The position numbers and the translations under genes are program-made. Shown here one piece after another: positions 9,315 to 18,389 of a DNA stretch of 64,000 nt. The notes below the pieces were generated by a model that did not search any database, was not told the origin of the DNA, and saw nothing but the letters and a program-made list of their open reading frames with translations. Every line of letters begins with the position of its first letter. The stretch's first letter is position 1. Source of the stretch: an uncultured delta proteobacterium (GTDB lineage: Bacteria > Bdellovibrionota > FAC87 > UBA2466); contig CAVZSV010000004.1 in the NCBI GenBank assembly GCA_963778115.1, positions 2,496,001 to 2,560,000 on the forward strand, read 5' to 3'.

Positions 9315-10781
9315 CTAAGGATGCAGCAGCGATTCCGCCCGTAGTCTTCTTAAACGATTGGATTCGTCGTAATTGGCTAGAAGTTCGATCACTCCGGACT
9401 CTAGATCCTGTAGGGACTGTTCGCGCTGTTTGTCACGCTCCAGTTTGGCCGATGCCTCTTTTACGATCGATAGGATTGCTCTTAACGTTTCCAGTTTCTC
9501 TGGAGTTAGATTTTCTGACGGGACGACAAAGATTTCGTTAAGTTTCCTTAGGGCAGCTTTTCTCACGGTGAATGTGTTTGCTCCTAGATCATTCACATTG
9601 GAGGCAAGTTTTTTTATGGCTTCATCGGGGATTTTGATGTCTGCATGCGCGGTAGAGTTTTTTAGCTTACTCCGCAGGTCGATCAGATGAGAGTCCTGTT
9701 TCAGTCGAAGGTAGGCGCGTCTAGCCGAGGGGAGGTCAAGACTTCCCAGCTGTTCCCATAAATTACTGGGATTACCGACTTGGGATTCGTAAAAGGGGCG
9801 AGTGGCGTCCCAGATCGCAGATTTATTCGGGTATTCCACAAAAAGACTTCCATCCAAACATACCCGCACATCTTTTATTCCGCCTTCGCCCTGGGGTATC
9901 GGCCTTTGGTAGCGGGCTCCTGTGAGCGTTTCGACATAGTTGATGTGGGCGCGATCGAGCGATAGGAAAAATAGAAAGTCGCTATTGGATGATGTCCCCA
10001 ATAAGTACCCTAGCTCGTCAAAAGGAAGTCTCCATAACTCTTTGGGAACATCCTCCAGGGACCTAGCCACGATGTCATCAGACTCCTTCTTTTTTTCGGA
10101 GGTAAAAAGCACTTTTCCATCACGAGAAACTTCGGGGCGAAATTCAACACTGTCAAAGTTGTTCTGATCCCAAAGAATGTTTTTTGTCTTTAGATCTTGT
10201 ACAAAGCGTGAAGAATCCGGCCTTTTCGCTAAAATAAAACGCTTCTGTCGGACCCAATTGATCTCTTTAATCTCATTGCCTGGAATTTCCAATTCTTCTA
10301 GGGTCTGACCATCGAGAAGAAAACATTTGGTTCCGTCGCATACCTGCACGAAGTTACCCTCATCAATAAAGTCGGCCGACCCTTTGCCTGCATGCAGTAA
10401 CTTGTTTCTTAAATCGAGAACCTCAAATCTGGCGTTTGAATCTTCTACCGAGTTCTTTATCTTCTTGTCGCCTCTGGGGCTGTAGTAAAGGTGGGTTCCT
10501 TTTTGAGTGGCTTCGCCGTCTACGGTCTCGAAGAGACCAGAACTCGGATAATACTTCACGAGGCGATTTTCTGATATGTGGCCGACTTCGAACACCTCTA
10601 TATGGTGTTGGTAGATTTCGTCTTTGGAAACACAAAACGTATCCGCTGCTGAAAGATTAAAAGGGAGTTCGATGAATTCGGGGGCATCTGGGGAACTTGG
10701 GTTCGGGGGGGCTTCATTGTGGCTACTTCCTGCAAAGCTTAAGCCAGAGAAAAGAAGTAGGAACCACATCATCCCTCTCAT
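9315..10781 (-). CDS. Secreted hypothetical protein (probable beta-propeller plus helical C-terminal module)
   Basis: Signal peptide; beta-rich blade-like segments (VSRDGKVLF, VCLDGSLF); helical C-terminus. Confidence 0.55.
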   Translation of the reverse strand: MRGMMWFLLLFSGLSFAGSSHNEAPPNPSSPDAPEFIELPFNLSAADTFCVSKDEIYQHHIEVFEVGHISENRLVKYYPSSGLFETVDGEATQKGTHLYYSPRGDKKIKNSVEDSNARFEVLDLRNKLLHAGKGSADFIDEGNFVQVCDGTKCFLLDGQTLEELEIPGNEIKEINWVRQKRFILAKRPDSSRFVQDLKTKNILWDQNNFDSVEFRPEVSRDGKVLFTSEKKKESDDIVARSLEDVPKELWRLPFDELGYLLGTSSNSDFLFFLSLDRAHINYVETLTGARYQRPIPQGEGGIKDVRVCLDGSLFVEYPNKSAIWDATRPFYESQVGNPSNLWEQLGSLDLPSARRAYLRLKQDSHLIDLRSKLKNSTAHADIKIPDEAIKKLASNVNDLGANTFTVRKAALRKLNEIFVVPSENLTPEKLETLRAILSIVKEASAKLERDKQREQSLQDLESGVIELLANYDESNRLRRLRAESLLHP

Positions 10782-10786
10782 CCCTA

Positions 10787-11821
10787 TTAGAACGGTCCCT
10801 GAAAAGCAACCAATCTAGGAGTATTCTCCACGGCCTCTCCTCGAGAGCCGGTAACCAACTTGCGGGCCGCTTCGACGACATCACTAACTTTGGGATAGTA
10901 GACCTCTTCTAGGGCAGGGCTACAAGGAGTGGGTGCATCGGGGAGGGCGATTCGAATAGGGGCTTGCAATAAAGATCCAAAAGCCTGCTCGGTGACTGAA
11001 GCTGAGATCTCCGCGGAAACGCCGAAAGCCTTGATGGCGGTGTCCATGATGATAAGCCGGCCTGTTTTTTTCACCGAGTTTACAATCGTAGCCATATCCA
11101 ACGGTCTTACCGATCTTAAATCGATGACCTCCATCTCAATACCTTCTTTGTGCAGAATTTCTCGGGCGGCAAGAGCGTCGTGGACTTGCAATGACAAAGC
11201 AACACAAGTGACGTCTTTGCCGGGCACCAAAACATTGGCGCGATCCAAAGGCGTTTCATATTTTCCTTCGGCAACGTCACCGGTTTTGTCATAGAGCCAA
11301 CGGTGTTCGATACAGATGACCGGATTAGGATCTCGAATGGCGGCATAGAGCATCCCTTTGGCATCGGAAGGGGTCGCCGGCAAAATTACTTTTAATCCCG
11401 GAATGTGGGCAAAGAGCGCGTGCAGACTTTGAGAGTGTTGGGCCGCTTGTCCCCAGCCTCTTCCGACAATACAGCGAATGACTATGGGAACCGGCATTGT
11501 GGCCCCGAACATGTAGCTCCACTTGGCGGCATGGTTTACGATCTGGTCCATCGCGAGTAACAGAAATTCATTGCGCATGTGAATCATGACGCAGGGATGT
11601 CCTTCGATAGCGGCTCCGATCCCCACACCGGTCATCGCATTCTCAGAAAGGGGAGTATCCATCACTCTAGACGCGCCGAATTTTCGAAAAGCAGTAAGCG
11701 TACTTCCAAAAACCCCTTTGGGATCGTCTATTCCCTCACCCATAAGAAATACTTTGGGGTTTTCTTCCATCGCTAGAAGGGTCGCTTCACCTAGGGCTTC
11801 GCTATATTTTATGTTACGCAT
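10787..11821 (-). CDS. TPP-dependent dehydrogenase E1 beta subunit-like
   Basis: VFLMGEGI, DTPLSENAMTG, AQHSQS, EVIDLRSVRPLD; start overlaps the alpha subunit stop. Confidence 0.92.
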   Translation of the reverse strand: MRNIKYSEALGEATLLAMEENPKVFLMGEGIDDPKGVFGSTLTAFRKFGASRVMDTPLSENAMTGVGIGAAIEGHPCVMIHMRNEFLLLAMDQIVNHAAKWSYMFGATMPVPIVIRCIVGRGWGQAAQHSQSLHALFAHIPGLKVILPATPSDAKGMLYAAIRDPNPVICIEHRWLYDKTGDVAEGKYETPLDRANVLVPGKDVTCVALSLQVHDALAAREILHKEGIEMEVIDLRSVRPLDMATIVNSVKKTGRLIIMDTAIKAFGVSAEISASVTEQAFGSLLQAPIRIALPDAPTPCSPALEEVYYPKVSDVVEAARKLVTGSRGEAVENTPRLVAFQGPF

Positions 11822-12785
11822 AAATGTCCGTGAAAATTTCGTTGGCGTTGGGAAACTTGCTCTCTCTGGCGAAAGCAAAAGCATCGGCTATTTCGTTGCT
11901 AATTTGCTTTTCAATATCATCTCGTTCGCGAGGAGTAAGAAGTCCCTGAGCCAACAGTTTCTGTTCGGTTTTTTGAATGGGGCAATTTTTCATCCAGGAA
12001 TCCACCTCTTGCTGGGTGCGGTATCCCACTTCGATATCCATGTTAGGGCCAACATGATCGCGCCAGCGATACGTCTGGAACTCCAAAACCGTGGGTCCAT
12101 TTCCGGAGCGAGCACGTGCAATCGCTTCTGAAGCTACTCGATAAACGGCCTCCACATCGTTGCCATCGACACGTGCTGAAGCAATGCCAAAGGAGTCGCC
12201 TCGCTTGTAAATATCAGGAGTCGCTTGCCGGGAATTTTGATGGGAGTAAGTTGCATAAAGATTATTTTCGACGGCAAAAATCACGGGAAGCTTCTTAAGA
12301 GCCGCGATGTTCATGCTTTCGTAAAAAATACCCTCTTCACTCCCTCCGTCCCCGAAAAAAGCGACAGATACCAAAGGCTTTTTGTCCATTGAGAATGCCA
12401 GAGCACTTCCGACGGCCAGAGGGATCGTTCCCCCGACTAAAGCGGAGGAGCCCATCATTCCCTGACTATGATCCACCAGATGCATGGAGCCGCCTTTGCC
12501 GCGGCAGCAGCCCGTTACCTTCCCAAAGAGTTCTGCAATCATTTTGGGAAGGCTTCCGTTCTTGGCTAAATAGTGGGCATGACAGCGATGGGTGCTATAG
12601 ATGCGATCTTCAATAGAGAGCTGCTGGCAGATTCCTACCGGAACCGCTTCTTGTCCTATGGAGAGATGGACAGGACATTTCATCTCTTTGCTGGGATAAG
12701 CATCCGCCACGGCCTCTTCAATTCGCCGTATCCGCAGCATGCCGGTATAAAGTCGCTTTAGGGTGTCGCTTTTAAGATTTGCCAT
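11814..12785 (-). CDS. TPP-dependent dehydrogenase E1 alpha subunit-like
   Basis: HLSIGQEA, STHRCHAH, GKGGSMHL, FFGDGG...ENN TPP motif, TYRWRDH. Confidence 0.92.
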   Translation of the reverse strand: MANLKSDTLKRLYTGMLRIRRIEEAVADAYPSKEMKCPVHLSIGQEAVPVGICQQLSIEDRIYSTHRCHAHYLAKNGSLPKMIAELFGKVTGCCRGKGGSMHLVDHSQGMMGSSALVGGTIPLAVGSALAFSMDKKPLVSVAFFGDGGSEEGIFYESMNIAALKKLPVIFAVENNLYATYSHQNSRQATPDIYKRGDSFGIASARVDGNDVEAVYRVASEAIARARSGNGPTVLEFQTYRWRDHVGPNMDIEVGYRTQQEVDSWMKNCPIQKTEQKLLAQGLLTPRERDDIEKQISNEIADAFAFARESKFPNANEIFTDIYA

Positions 12786-13378
12786 GTGTTTTGCTTTTTG
12801 TGTTGTCGGGAAAGGACGACTTCATCGATTACCGAATGGAGTAGCCATAGATGCCCGACCTCCACGATTCCGTAGGAGTCAGATTTAATGTAAAAATTGA
12901 GATCGCCGAGTCTTGAGAGGGGATTACCAGGTTGAAAGCCCGAGAAGCCAATGACGGTGCATCCTCTTTTCCTGGCGGCTTCGACCCCTTTGGTAATGTT
13001 GGGCGATTTTCCTGAGCTGCTGATAGCGATTAGAAGATCTCCGCGATCGGCGAATTGGCTAATGGGTTGGGCAAAGAGTTCCTCGTAACCAAAATCGTTG
13101 CCGACACACGTGAGTAAAGAAGCGTCATTGAAAGCGGTTGCCCTGACACCTCCGTTTTTCCAAAGGTCCACGGCTTGATGGCTGGCAATGGCGGCACTCC
13201 CCCCGTTTCCGATGATCATCACTTTATGATTATTGTCATCGGTATTGAGAACCAACTCCACGGCTTTAGCCAGACCATCAGTGAGGGTCAAAGTCTCCTT
13301 TTCTCGAGTCGTCACTTCACAGCGAGACACGACACCGGGAAGATCTTTTAAGGTACGAAAGTCGAAATTTTCTCCCAT
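12758..13378 (-). CDS. gmhA: SIS-domain phosphoheptose isomerase (GmhA-like), copy 2
   Basis: IGNGGSAAIASH, NDFGYE, ISSSGKSPNI, YGIVEVGH. Confidence 0.88.
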   Translation of the reverse strand: MGENFDFRTLKDLPGVVSRCEVTTREKETLTLTDGLAKAVELVLNTDDNNHKVMIIGNGGSAAIASHQAVDLWKNGGVRATAFNDASLLTCVGNDFGYEELFAQPISQFADRGDLLIAISSSGKSPNITKGVEAARKRGCTVIGFSGFQPGNPLSRLGDLNFYIKSDSYGIVEVGHLWLLHSVIDEVVLSRQHKKQNTWQILKATP

Positions 13379-13388
13379 GGGGATCTCC

Positions 13389-14936
13389 TTAGGCTAGAAG
13401 TGCCTTGATGTACTTAAAGAGTGGTACTGCTTGCATGCTGGTTCGGTTACAGACGACTTCTACCGCCATCGCTCCCGCCGCATTACCTACAAAGCCAATC
13501 AATTCTGATTTGGATTTACGTGCGGCCAGCATCGAGGACACCGCGAGATAGGCGTCCCCGGCACCAACGCGATCTACGATCTTATTGGACACAGAAGGGG
13601 CTTCGAAGCACTCGAAGCGTTGCTTGCCATCTCTTTGAGCGGAAGGCCGTAAGGTAATAGATCCGTTGTGTCCGCGAGTAATCGTGATAGTCGCTCCGGG
13701 ATACCTATCGGAAAATTCCGAGATCAAGTCGTGAATCGGAGTATATTTCTGTTGCATCGCAAGTCTTAGCTCAGGTTCATCGATGCAAATGTAGCTCGCT
13801 TTGGGATATTTGGTCACCGTGTTGTAGCCGAGATTAGCGGAATTGGTCTGGACATTGAGGGCTAAAAATTTAGACTTTTCGCAGATAACGTCCCTAATCT
13901 CTTTCGTTAGAAAACCATGGCCGTAATCGGCGACGACAACGAGATCATAAGTGGGAAGGGTCTCTCTGAGGTGCCGGACGATGTCGTTGCTAAGTGATTG
14001 CGGGAGATCCGTATCGGTTAAGAAACTGATTTGGAACATTTTGGTCAAGAAAGCTGGTTCGACATAACGGCGCTTCACGACCGTGCACGCGTCTTCACGA
14101 TAGAAAAACTTGGCCTTCACTTTGGTATTGAGCTGAGATTCGATGAGCTCTTGTTTCGAATCTTTCGAACCCAAACAAGTAAGCAAGTCGACATGGTCCG
14201 AAAAAGCGGCGATGTGATTTGCACAAGCAAGAATTCCGCCGGGAAAGGCCTCTTCACTAAGATACCTGGTGGAGACGATGGTCTCTTTGGGTGATTTCCC
14301 CAGAGGTTGACAGTAATGATACTCGTCCACGATGGTGTCGCCGATTAAAAGAACCTTTAAGTCGCTTAGGTTCTTTAATTGCTCGATAATATCTTCGCCA
14401 GAGACTTTCTGACGAAAATTGGCCAGAAATTGCCGCGCCCTCTCCGGGTAAACTCCGAAGTGGCTATTTAAAATGTTGGTCGAGCTGAAAGTGATATCGT
14501 GGGTGAAATGTATTTTCCCGCCTACTTCGTGTACCGCATTTTCTTCGGCAATGATTCCTTGAGTGATATCACCGGAGCGGTTTTCGTAGTCAGCTCCCTT
14601 TACGTAAACATCTGGGCGAATGGAGCGAATGGCTTCCACTGCAGTGGGCGTTTCGTTGATGGCGACGTAATCGACGTCGGCGAGGGCCGCGATGGATTCT
14701 GCTCTTAATTGATCGGTAAAAGCAGGGCGTCCAGGCCCTTTGTTTACGTACTGATCTTTAGTGACCGTGACGACCAGAATATCTCCTTGGTGCCGTGCTT
14801 CCGAAAAATGTCGGATGTGGCCTGGATGGAGTAGGTCGAAAACGCCGTGGCACAAAACGATTCTTTTCCCTTTGGCTTTTTCGGCTTGGATGGTCTTCGC
14901 TAGCTCACTGAGGTGAAGTGTCTTTTTTGCTTTCAT
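13389..14936 (-). CDS. Bifunctional cytidylyltransferase-like + PfkB kinase (HldE-like, reversed domain order)
   Basis: N-terminal HGVFDLLHPGH and KGPGRP; C-terminal DYGHG and DRVGAGD PfkB motif. Confidence 0.88.
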   Translation of the reverse strand: MKAKKTLHLSELAKTIQAEKAKGKRIVLCHGVFDLLHPGHIRHFSEARHQGDILVVTVTKDQYVNKGPGRPAFTDQLRAESIAALADVDYVAINETPTAVEAIRSIRPDVYVKGADYENRSGDITQGIIAEENAVHEVGGKIHFTHDITFSSTNILNSHFGVYPERARQFLANFRQKVSGEDIIEQLKNLSDLKVLLIGDTIVDEYHYCQPLGKSPKETIVSTRYLSEEAFPGGILACANHIAAFSDHVDLLTCLGSKDSKQELIESQLNTKVKAKFFYREDACTVVKRRYVEPAFLTKMFQISFLTDTDLPQSLSNDIVRHLRETLPTYDLVVVADYGHGFLTKEIRDVICEKSKFLALNVQTNSANLGYNTVTKYPKASYICIDEPELRLAMQQKYTPIHDLISEFSDRYPGATITITRGHNGSITLRPSAQRDGKQRFECFEAPSVSNKIVDRVGAGDAYLAVSSMLAARKSKSELIGFVGNAAGAMAVEVVCNRTSMQAVPLFKYIKALLA

Positions 14937-15077
14937 GAAAGGCTTCCTTTGGGAGTCGGTGGAATATACGAAAAGTGAGTTCTCACTCACCTTATCGACA
15001 CAATTCCTTCACAAATAGAGAAATTCTTTTATCGAAAAAGCAGTTCGAGACACGCCGCGCAAGCGTCAGGTCGGTGT

Positions 15078-15629
15078 TTATCTAGTATTATCCGCGGTGG
15101 AGAGGATGGCATGCAACTCAGAAACGCTGTGAATTCTAAAATTTGCCGATAGATTCCGGTTATAAGGCCTATCCCAGAGAATAGATTGACATCCCGCCCG
15201 CCGCGCCGCTTCCACATCGCGTTCGGTATCACCAAGATGAAAACTTCGGCGAAGATCTAAGTTTAAGTCGGAAGCAGCTTTTAAGAACATTCCAGGGTTG
15301 GGTTTTTTCATGGGATCGCTGTCTAAGGAAGCCCAGGAAACGTAGGCGGCATCGAGGTTAAATTCCTGCTGATACTGTTCGTTGAGTTCCAAAACGAAAC
15401 TCTTTTCGGTGATGCCCCGTTCTACATCGGGCTGATTGGTAACCATAACTAGGGCGAACCCTAGCGACTTGATGGAGCTGAGATCTCGTATCGCGTCATA
15501 GCGCCTCACTTCTTTAGCGTGACGCGGGGCGCATAGCTCGCCGTGGGGTCCCCAGGGGACCAGTTCGTGAAAGATTCCATCTCGGTCAACAAAGAGAGCT
15601 TTCTGTTTGTGATTTAATTCATCCATCAT
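15078..15629 (-). CDS. gmhB: HAD-IIIA heptose/sugar bisphosphate phosphatase (GmhB-like)
   Basis: ALFVDRDG, VTNQPD, KKPNPGM, GDTERDVEAA. Confidence 0.85.
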   Translation of the reverse strand: MMDELNHKQKALFVDRDGIFHELVPWGPHGELCAPRHAKEVRRYDAIRDLSSIKSLGFALVMVTNQPDVERGITEKSFVLELNEQYQQEFNLDAAYVSWASLDSDPMKKPNPGMFLKAASDLNLDLRRSFHLGDTERDVEAARRAGCQSILWDRPYNRNLSANFRIHSVSELHAILSTADNTR

Positions 15630-15631
15630 TT

Positions 15632-16486
15632 CTAATGCTGGAGTTTCTTTTGGAGCACGGCGTCGACTCGGCGAAGCGTCCACCATTCGGCAGGAGAGGC
15701 TTTCGGATCGTACTCGCGATAGTTGTCATAGATGGAGCTAATGAGTTTGCCGTTTAGCGCGGCGGGTTTTTCTTCAAACAACCAAGCCGCTAGTTCGGCC
15801 GCTCGGTGAGGATCCTCTCCGCCTTCTTCCCATCTGCGCTTGGCCTGCTCATATTCCTGCCCCACTCGATCCGCTCCCATTTTTACGACGGCTTCGGTCA
15901 TTGAGGTTCTAAGTCCACCGGGTGAGATAGCATAAAAGCGAAGCTCTGGATATTCTTGGGCCAAAGTTTCGGTGAGGCGCACTAAGGCGGCTTTCGATGT
16001 CGCATAGGAGGAAAAGCGGGGGCGGGGGAGAGTTGCGCCTCCTCCGGATAGGTTGATGATAACGCCTCCCTCTTTATTTTTAAGAAACAGCGGAATGACC
16101 TGCTGAATGGCAAATACCGGTCCCATGAAGTTCGTCTTTATCGTCTGAGAAAAATTTTCATAATCCACTTGGTGTAGCAGGCCCGCCTCTCCTTGAACGG
16201 CAGCGTTGTTAATGAGACAGTCGATGTTTCCGTAGGTTTGAAGGGCTTTTGAGATCCATCTTGAGATATCGGCTTCGATAGAGATATCTCCCGTTACCAA
16301 TTGAACTTCGGGAAAGCGCTTTTGGAGGGATGAGATCGCCTCTGCACGTCTGACTAGCACCGAAAGCCGATGCTTCGCTTGGGAAAAGCGTTCTATTAAA
16401 GACTCAGCAAGTCCCCGATACCCCGTGATCAATGTGACGGGAGGATTGCTTACTTTTTTCAGGGGTTCGTTCGGGTTGGTTTTCAT
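15632..16486 (-). CDS. SDR family oxidoreductase
   Basis: INNAA, NLSGGG, YATSK catalytic motif, ISPG. Confidence 0.88.
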   Translation of the reverse strand: MKTNPNEPLKKVSNPPVTLITGYRGLAESLIERFSQAKHRLSVLVRRAEAISSLQKRFPEVQLVTGDISIEADISRWISKALQTYGNIDCLINNAAVQGEAGLLHQVDYENFSQTIKTNFMGPVFAIQQVIPLFLKNKEGGVIINLSGGGATLPRPRFSSYATSKAALVRLTETLAQEYPELRFYAISPGGLRTSMTEAVVKMGADRVGQEYEQAKRRWEEGGEDPHRAAELAAWLFEEKPAALNGKLISSIYDNYREYDPKASPAEWWTLRRVDAVLQKKLQH

Positions 16487-17489
16487 GGCGACCTCGGCTA
16501 TCCGACAGATTAACTAGGACACGGCTGCCTTCCATATCGAATCGATATCGCAACTCTCTTAGTCCTTCAGCAAGCATGGTGCGTCTCAACTGCTGATGGC
16601 GATTGCTCGTATAAAGTACGAAAAAGCCACCGCCCCCGGCGCCTGTGATCTTACCGCCAAGCGCACCGTTATTCTTTGCGATTTCATACAAGCGATGGAT
16701 GCGACTATCGGCTACTTTGGTGGAGAGTTTTTTCTTGGCTTCCCAATGCTCGTCCATCAACAACCCAAACTGATCGATATTGCCCGCTTCCAATGCTTCA
16801 ATAATTTCGTATCCGATATCTTTGATTAAATGAAGGCTATCGGTTACGGAGACTTCAGATTTGCGAACGGCACTATCTTGATCGCGCAAGATAGAGTCCG
16901 CATCGCGAGTCATTCCGGTATAGAAGATAAGAGTGTTTCGATTCAGTTCGTCTATGGTAGTGAAATCCATCTTAGCCTGTCGGACGCGGACCTTGCCGTC
17001 CGTTTCGATTTCAAGAATCGGCAGGCCGCCGTAGGCCGCTAGATATTGATCTTGTTTTCCCACGGCCTTTTTCAAGACATTCATTTCTAAATGGCAGGCG
17101 GTTTCGGCGATTTCAGCAACGGGCCTGGGCTCACGCTTTAATACGTAAAGCGCGTTGAGTAGCCCCACCATGTAACAGCTCGAAGAGCCAAGTCCGGTTC
17201 CCGCCGGAATATCCGCCATGGAGATGATTTCGATGGCGTTAGTGATATTCAGCCGGTCGAGCGCCGCTTTGGCCAATTCGTGCTGTAATTCGCTCACCGA
17301 CTGGACCGTTTCCGATTTCGAGTATTTTACTCGAACGAGGTCATCCACAATGGGACGGTTCACGGAAATGTACATGTACTTATCAATGGCGGCGGCGAAG
17401 ATAAGTCCCCCATAACGGGAGTAATAAGAGGGGAGATCGGTGCCTCCTCCTCCTAAAGTGAATCGAAATGGGGTTCGCGTGATAATCAT
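16404..17489 (-). CDS. hddA: GHMP family sugar-phosphate kinase (HddA-like)
   Basis: RTPFRFTLGGGGTD, PAGTGLGSSS, GKQDQY, GAGGGGF. Confidence 0.88.
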   Translation of the reverse strand: MIITRTPFRFTLGGGGTDLPSYYSRYGGLIFAAAIDKYMYISVNRPIVDDLVRVKYSKSETVQSVSELQHELAKAALDRLNITNAIEIISMADIPAGTGLGSSSCYMVGLLNALYVLKREPRPVAEIAETACHLEMNVLKKAVGKQDQYLAAYGGLPILEIETDGKVRVRQAKMDFTTIDELNRNTLIFYTGMTRDADSILRDQDSAVRKSEVSVTDSLHLIKDIGYEIIEALEAGNIDQFGLLMDEHWEAKKKLSTKVADSRIHRLYEIAKNNGALGGKITGAGGGGFFVLYTSNRHQQLRRTMLAEGLRELRYRFDMEGSRVLVNLSDSRGRHENQPERTPEKSKQSSRHIDHGVSGTC

Positions 17490-17650
17490 GACGAAGGGGG
17501 AAATATAGCTATTCCCCGGGGTGTCGTCAAAAGACTGTTTTGTCGGCGTAAACTATCGAATTATAAAAGCTATCTGCTGCTCTTTTATCTTCACACGGAA
17601 TAGAAGCCTCTTTCCACGCAAGCCTTTTTGGATTACCCATAGAGCGAAGT

Positions 17651-18382
17651 ATGAATCTGAGCATCATTATTCCCGCCTACAACGAGGCCAAAAAGATAGC
17701 GAACGATGTGAATGCTATCGCCAGCTACTTAGCCCTTCAACCCTTTGACTCCGAAGTGCTCTTCGTTGACGACGGAAGTCGTGATGAAACGATAGCCCGA
17801 ATCGAAAAGGCGATCGAGAAAATTTCAGCCCCTCGCGTTACGTTTCGAGTTCTCTCCTACGGCGCAAATCGAGGAAAGGGTTACGCCGTACGCTATGGAA
17901 TGCTTCGGGCTGAAGGAAAGTATGTTGGTTTCGTCGATGCCGGCCTGTGTGTTCCTTTCTCTTACGTCTCCTCGGCCCTAAAGAAACTCGAAGAAGGTTT
18001 TGATTTTGCCATCGCTTCCAGGCGAGTGGAGGGAACGCGAATTGAGCAGCCCCAGCCTCTCTATCGCAGAACGGGTTCGAAAGTATTTTTGCATTTGATG
18101 CGGGCGGTGATGGGTATAAAAGTTTCTGATACGCAATGCGGATTTAAATTTTACACTCATGAAGCTGCCCAAGAAATATTTTCTCGCGTGAAAACAGACG
18201 GCTTCATGTTTGACGTGGAAGCTCTTATGGTAGCGGGTCAATTAGGATTGCGAGGAACAGAGTTTGGTGTCCAGTGGTCAAATGATACCGACACCAGGTA
18301 CCATCCCGTGAAGGGAACAATTCGGAACATGAAAGAGATTCTTCAAATTCGAGTTCGGACCTTATTGGCCAAAGGAGCTTAG
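17651..18382 (+). CDS. Polyprenyl-phosphate glycosyltransferase (GT2, DPM/ALG5-like)
   Basis: IIIPAYNE, VDDGSRD, NRGKGYAV, DTQCGFK, FDVE. Confidence 0.9.
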   Translation: MNLSIIIPAYNEAKKIANDVNAIASYLALQPFDSEVLFVDDGSRDETIARIEKAIEKISAPRVTFRVLSYGANRGKGYAVRYGMLRAEGKYVGFVDAGLCVPFSYVSSALKKLEEGFDFAIASRRVEGTRIEQPQPLYRRTGSKVFLHLMRAVMGIKVSDTQCGFKFYTHEAAQEIFSRVKTDGFMFDVEALMVAGQLGLRGTEFGVQWSNDTDTRYHPVKGTIRNMKEILQIRVRTLLAKGA

Positions 18383-18389
18383 AGAAAGC

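Noticed and set aside
10787..12785. Housekeeping pyruvate dehydrogenase pdhA/pdhB
   Set aside because: No E2/E3 nearby and embedded in an NDP-sugar operon, so no symbol was assigned
16404..16486. Frameshift implied by the 83-bp kinase/SDR overlap
   Set aside because: Both proteins look complete, and the SDR has its own GAGG RBS; a stop-codon read-through tail is the simpler explanation
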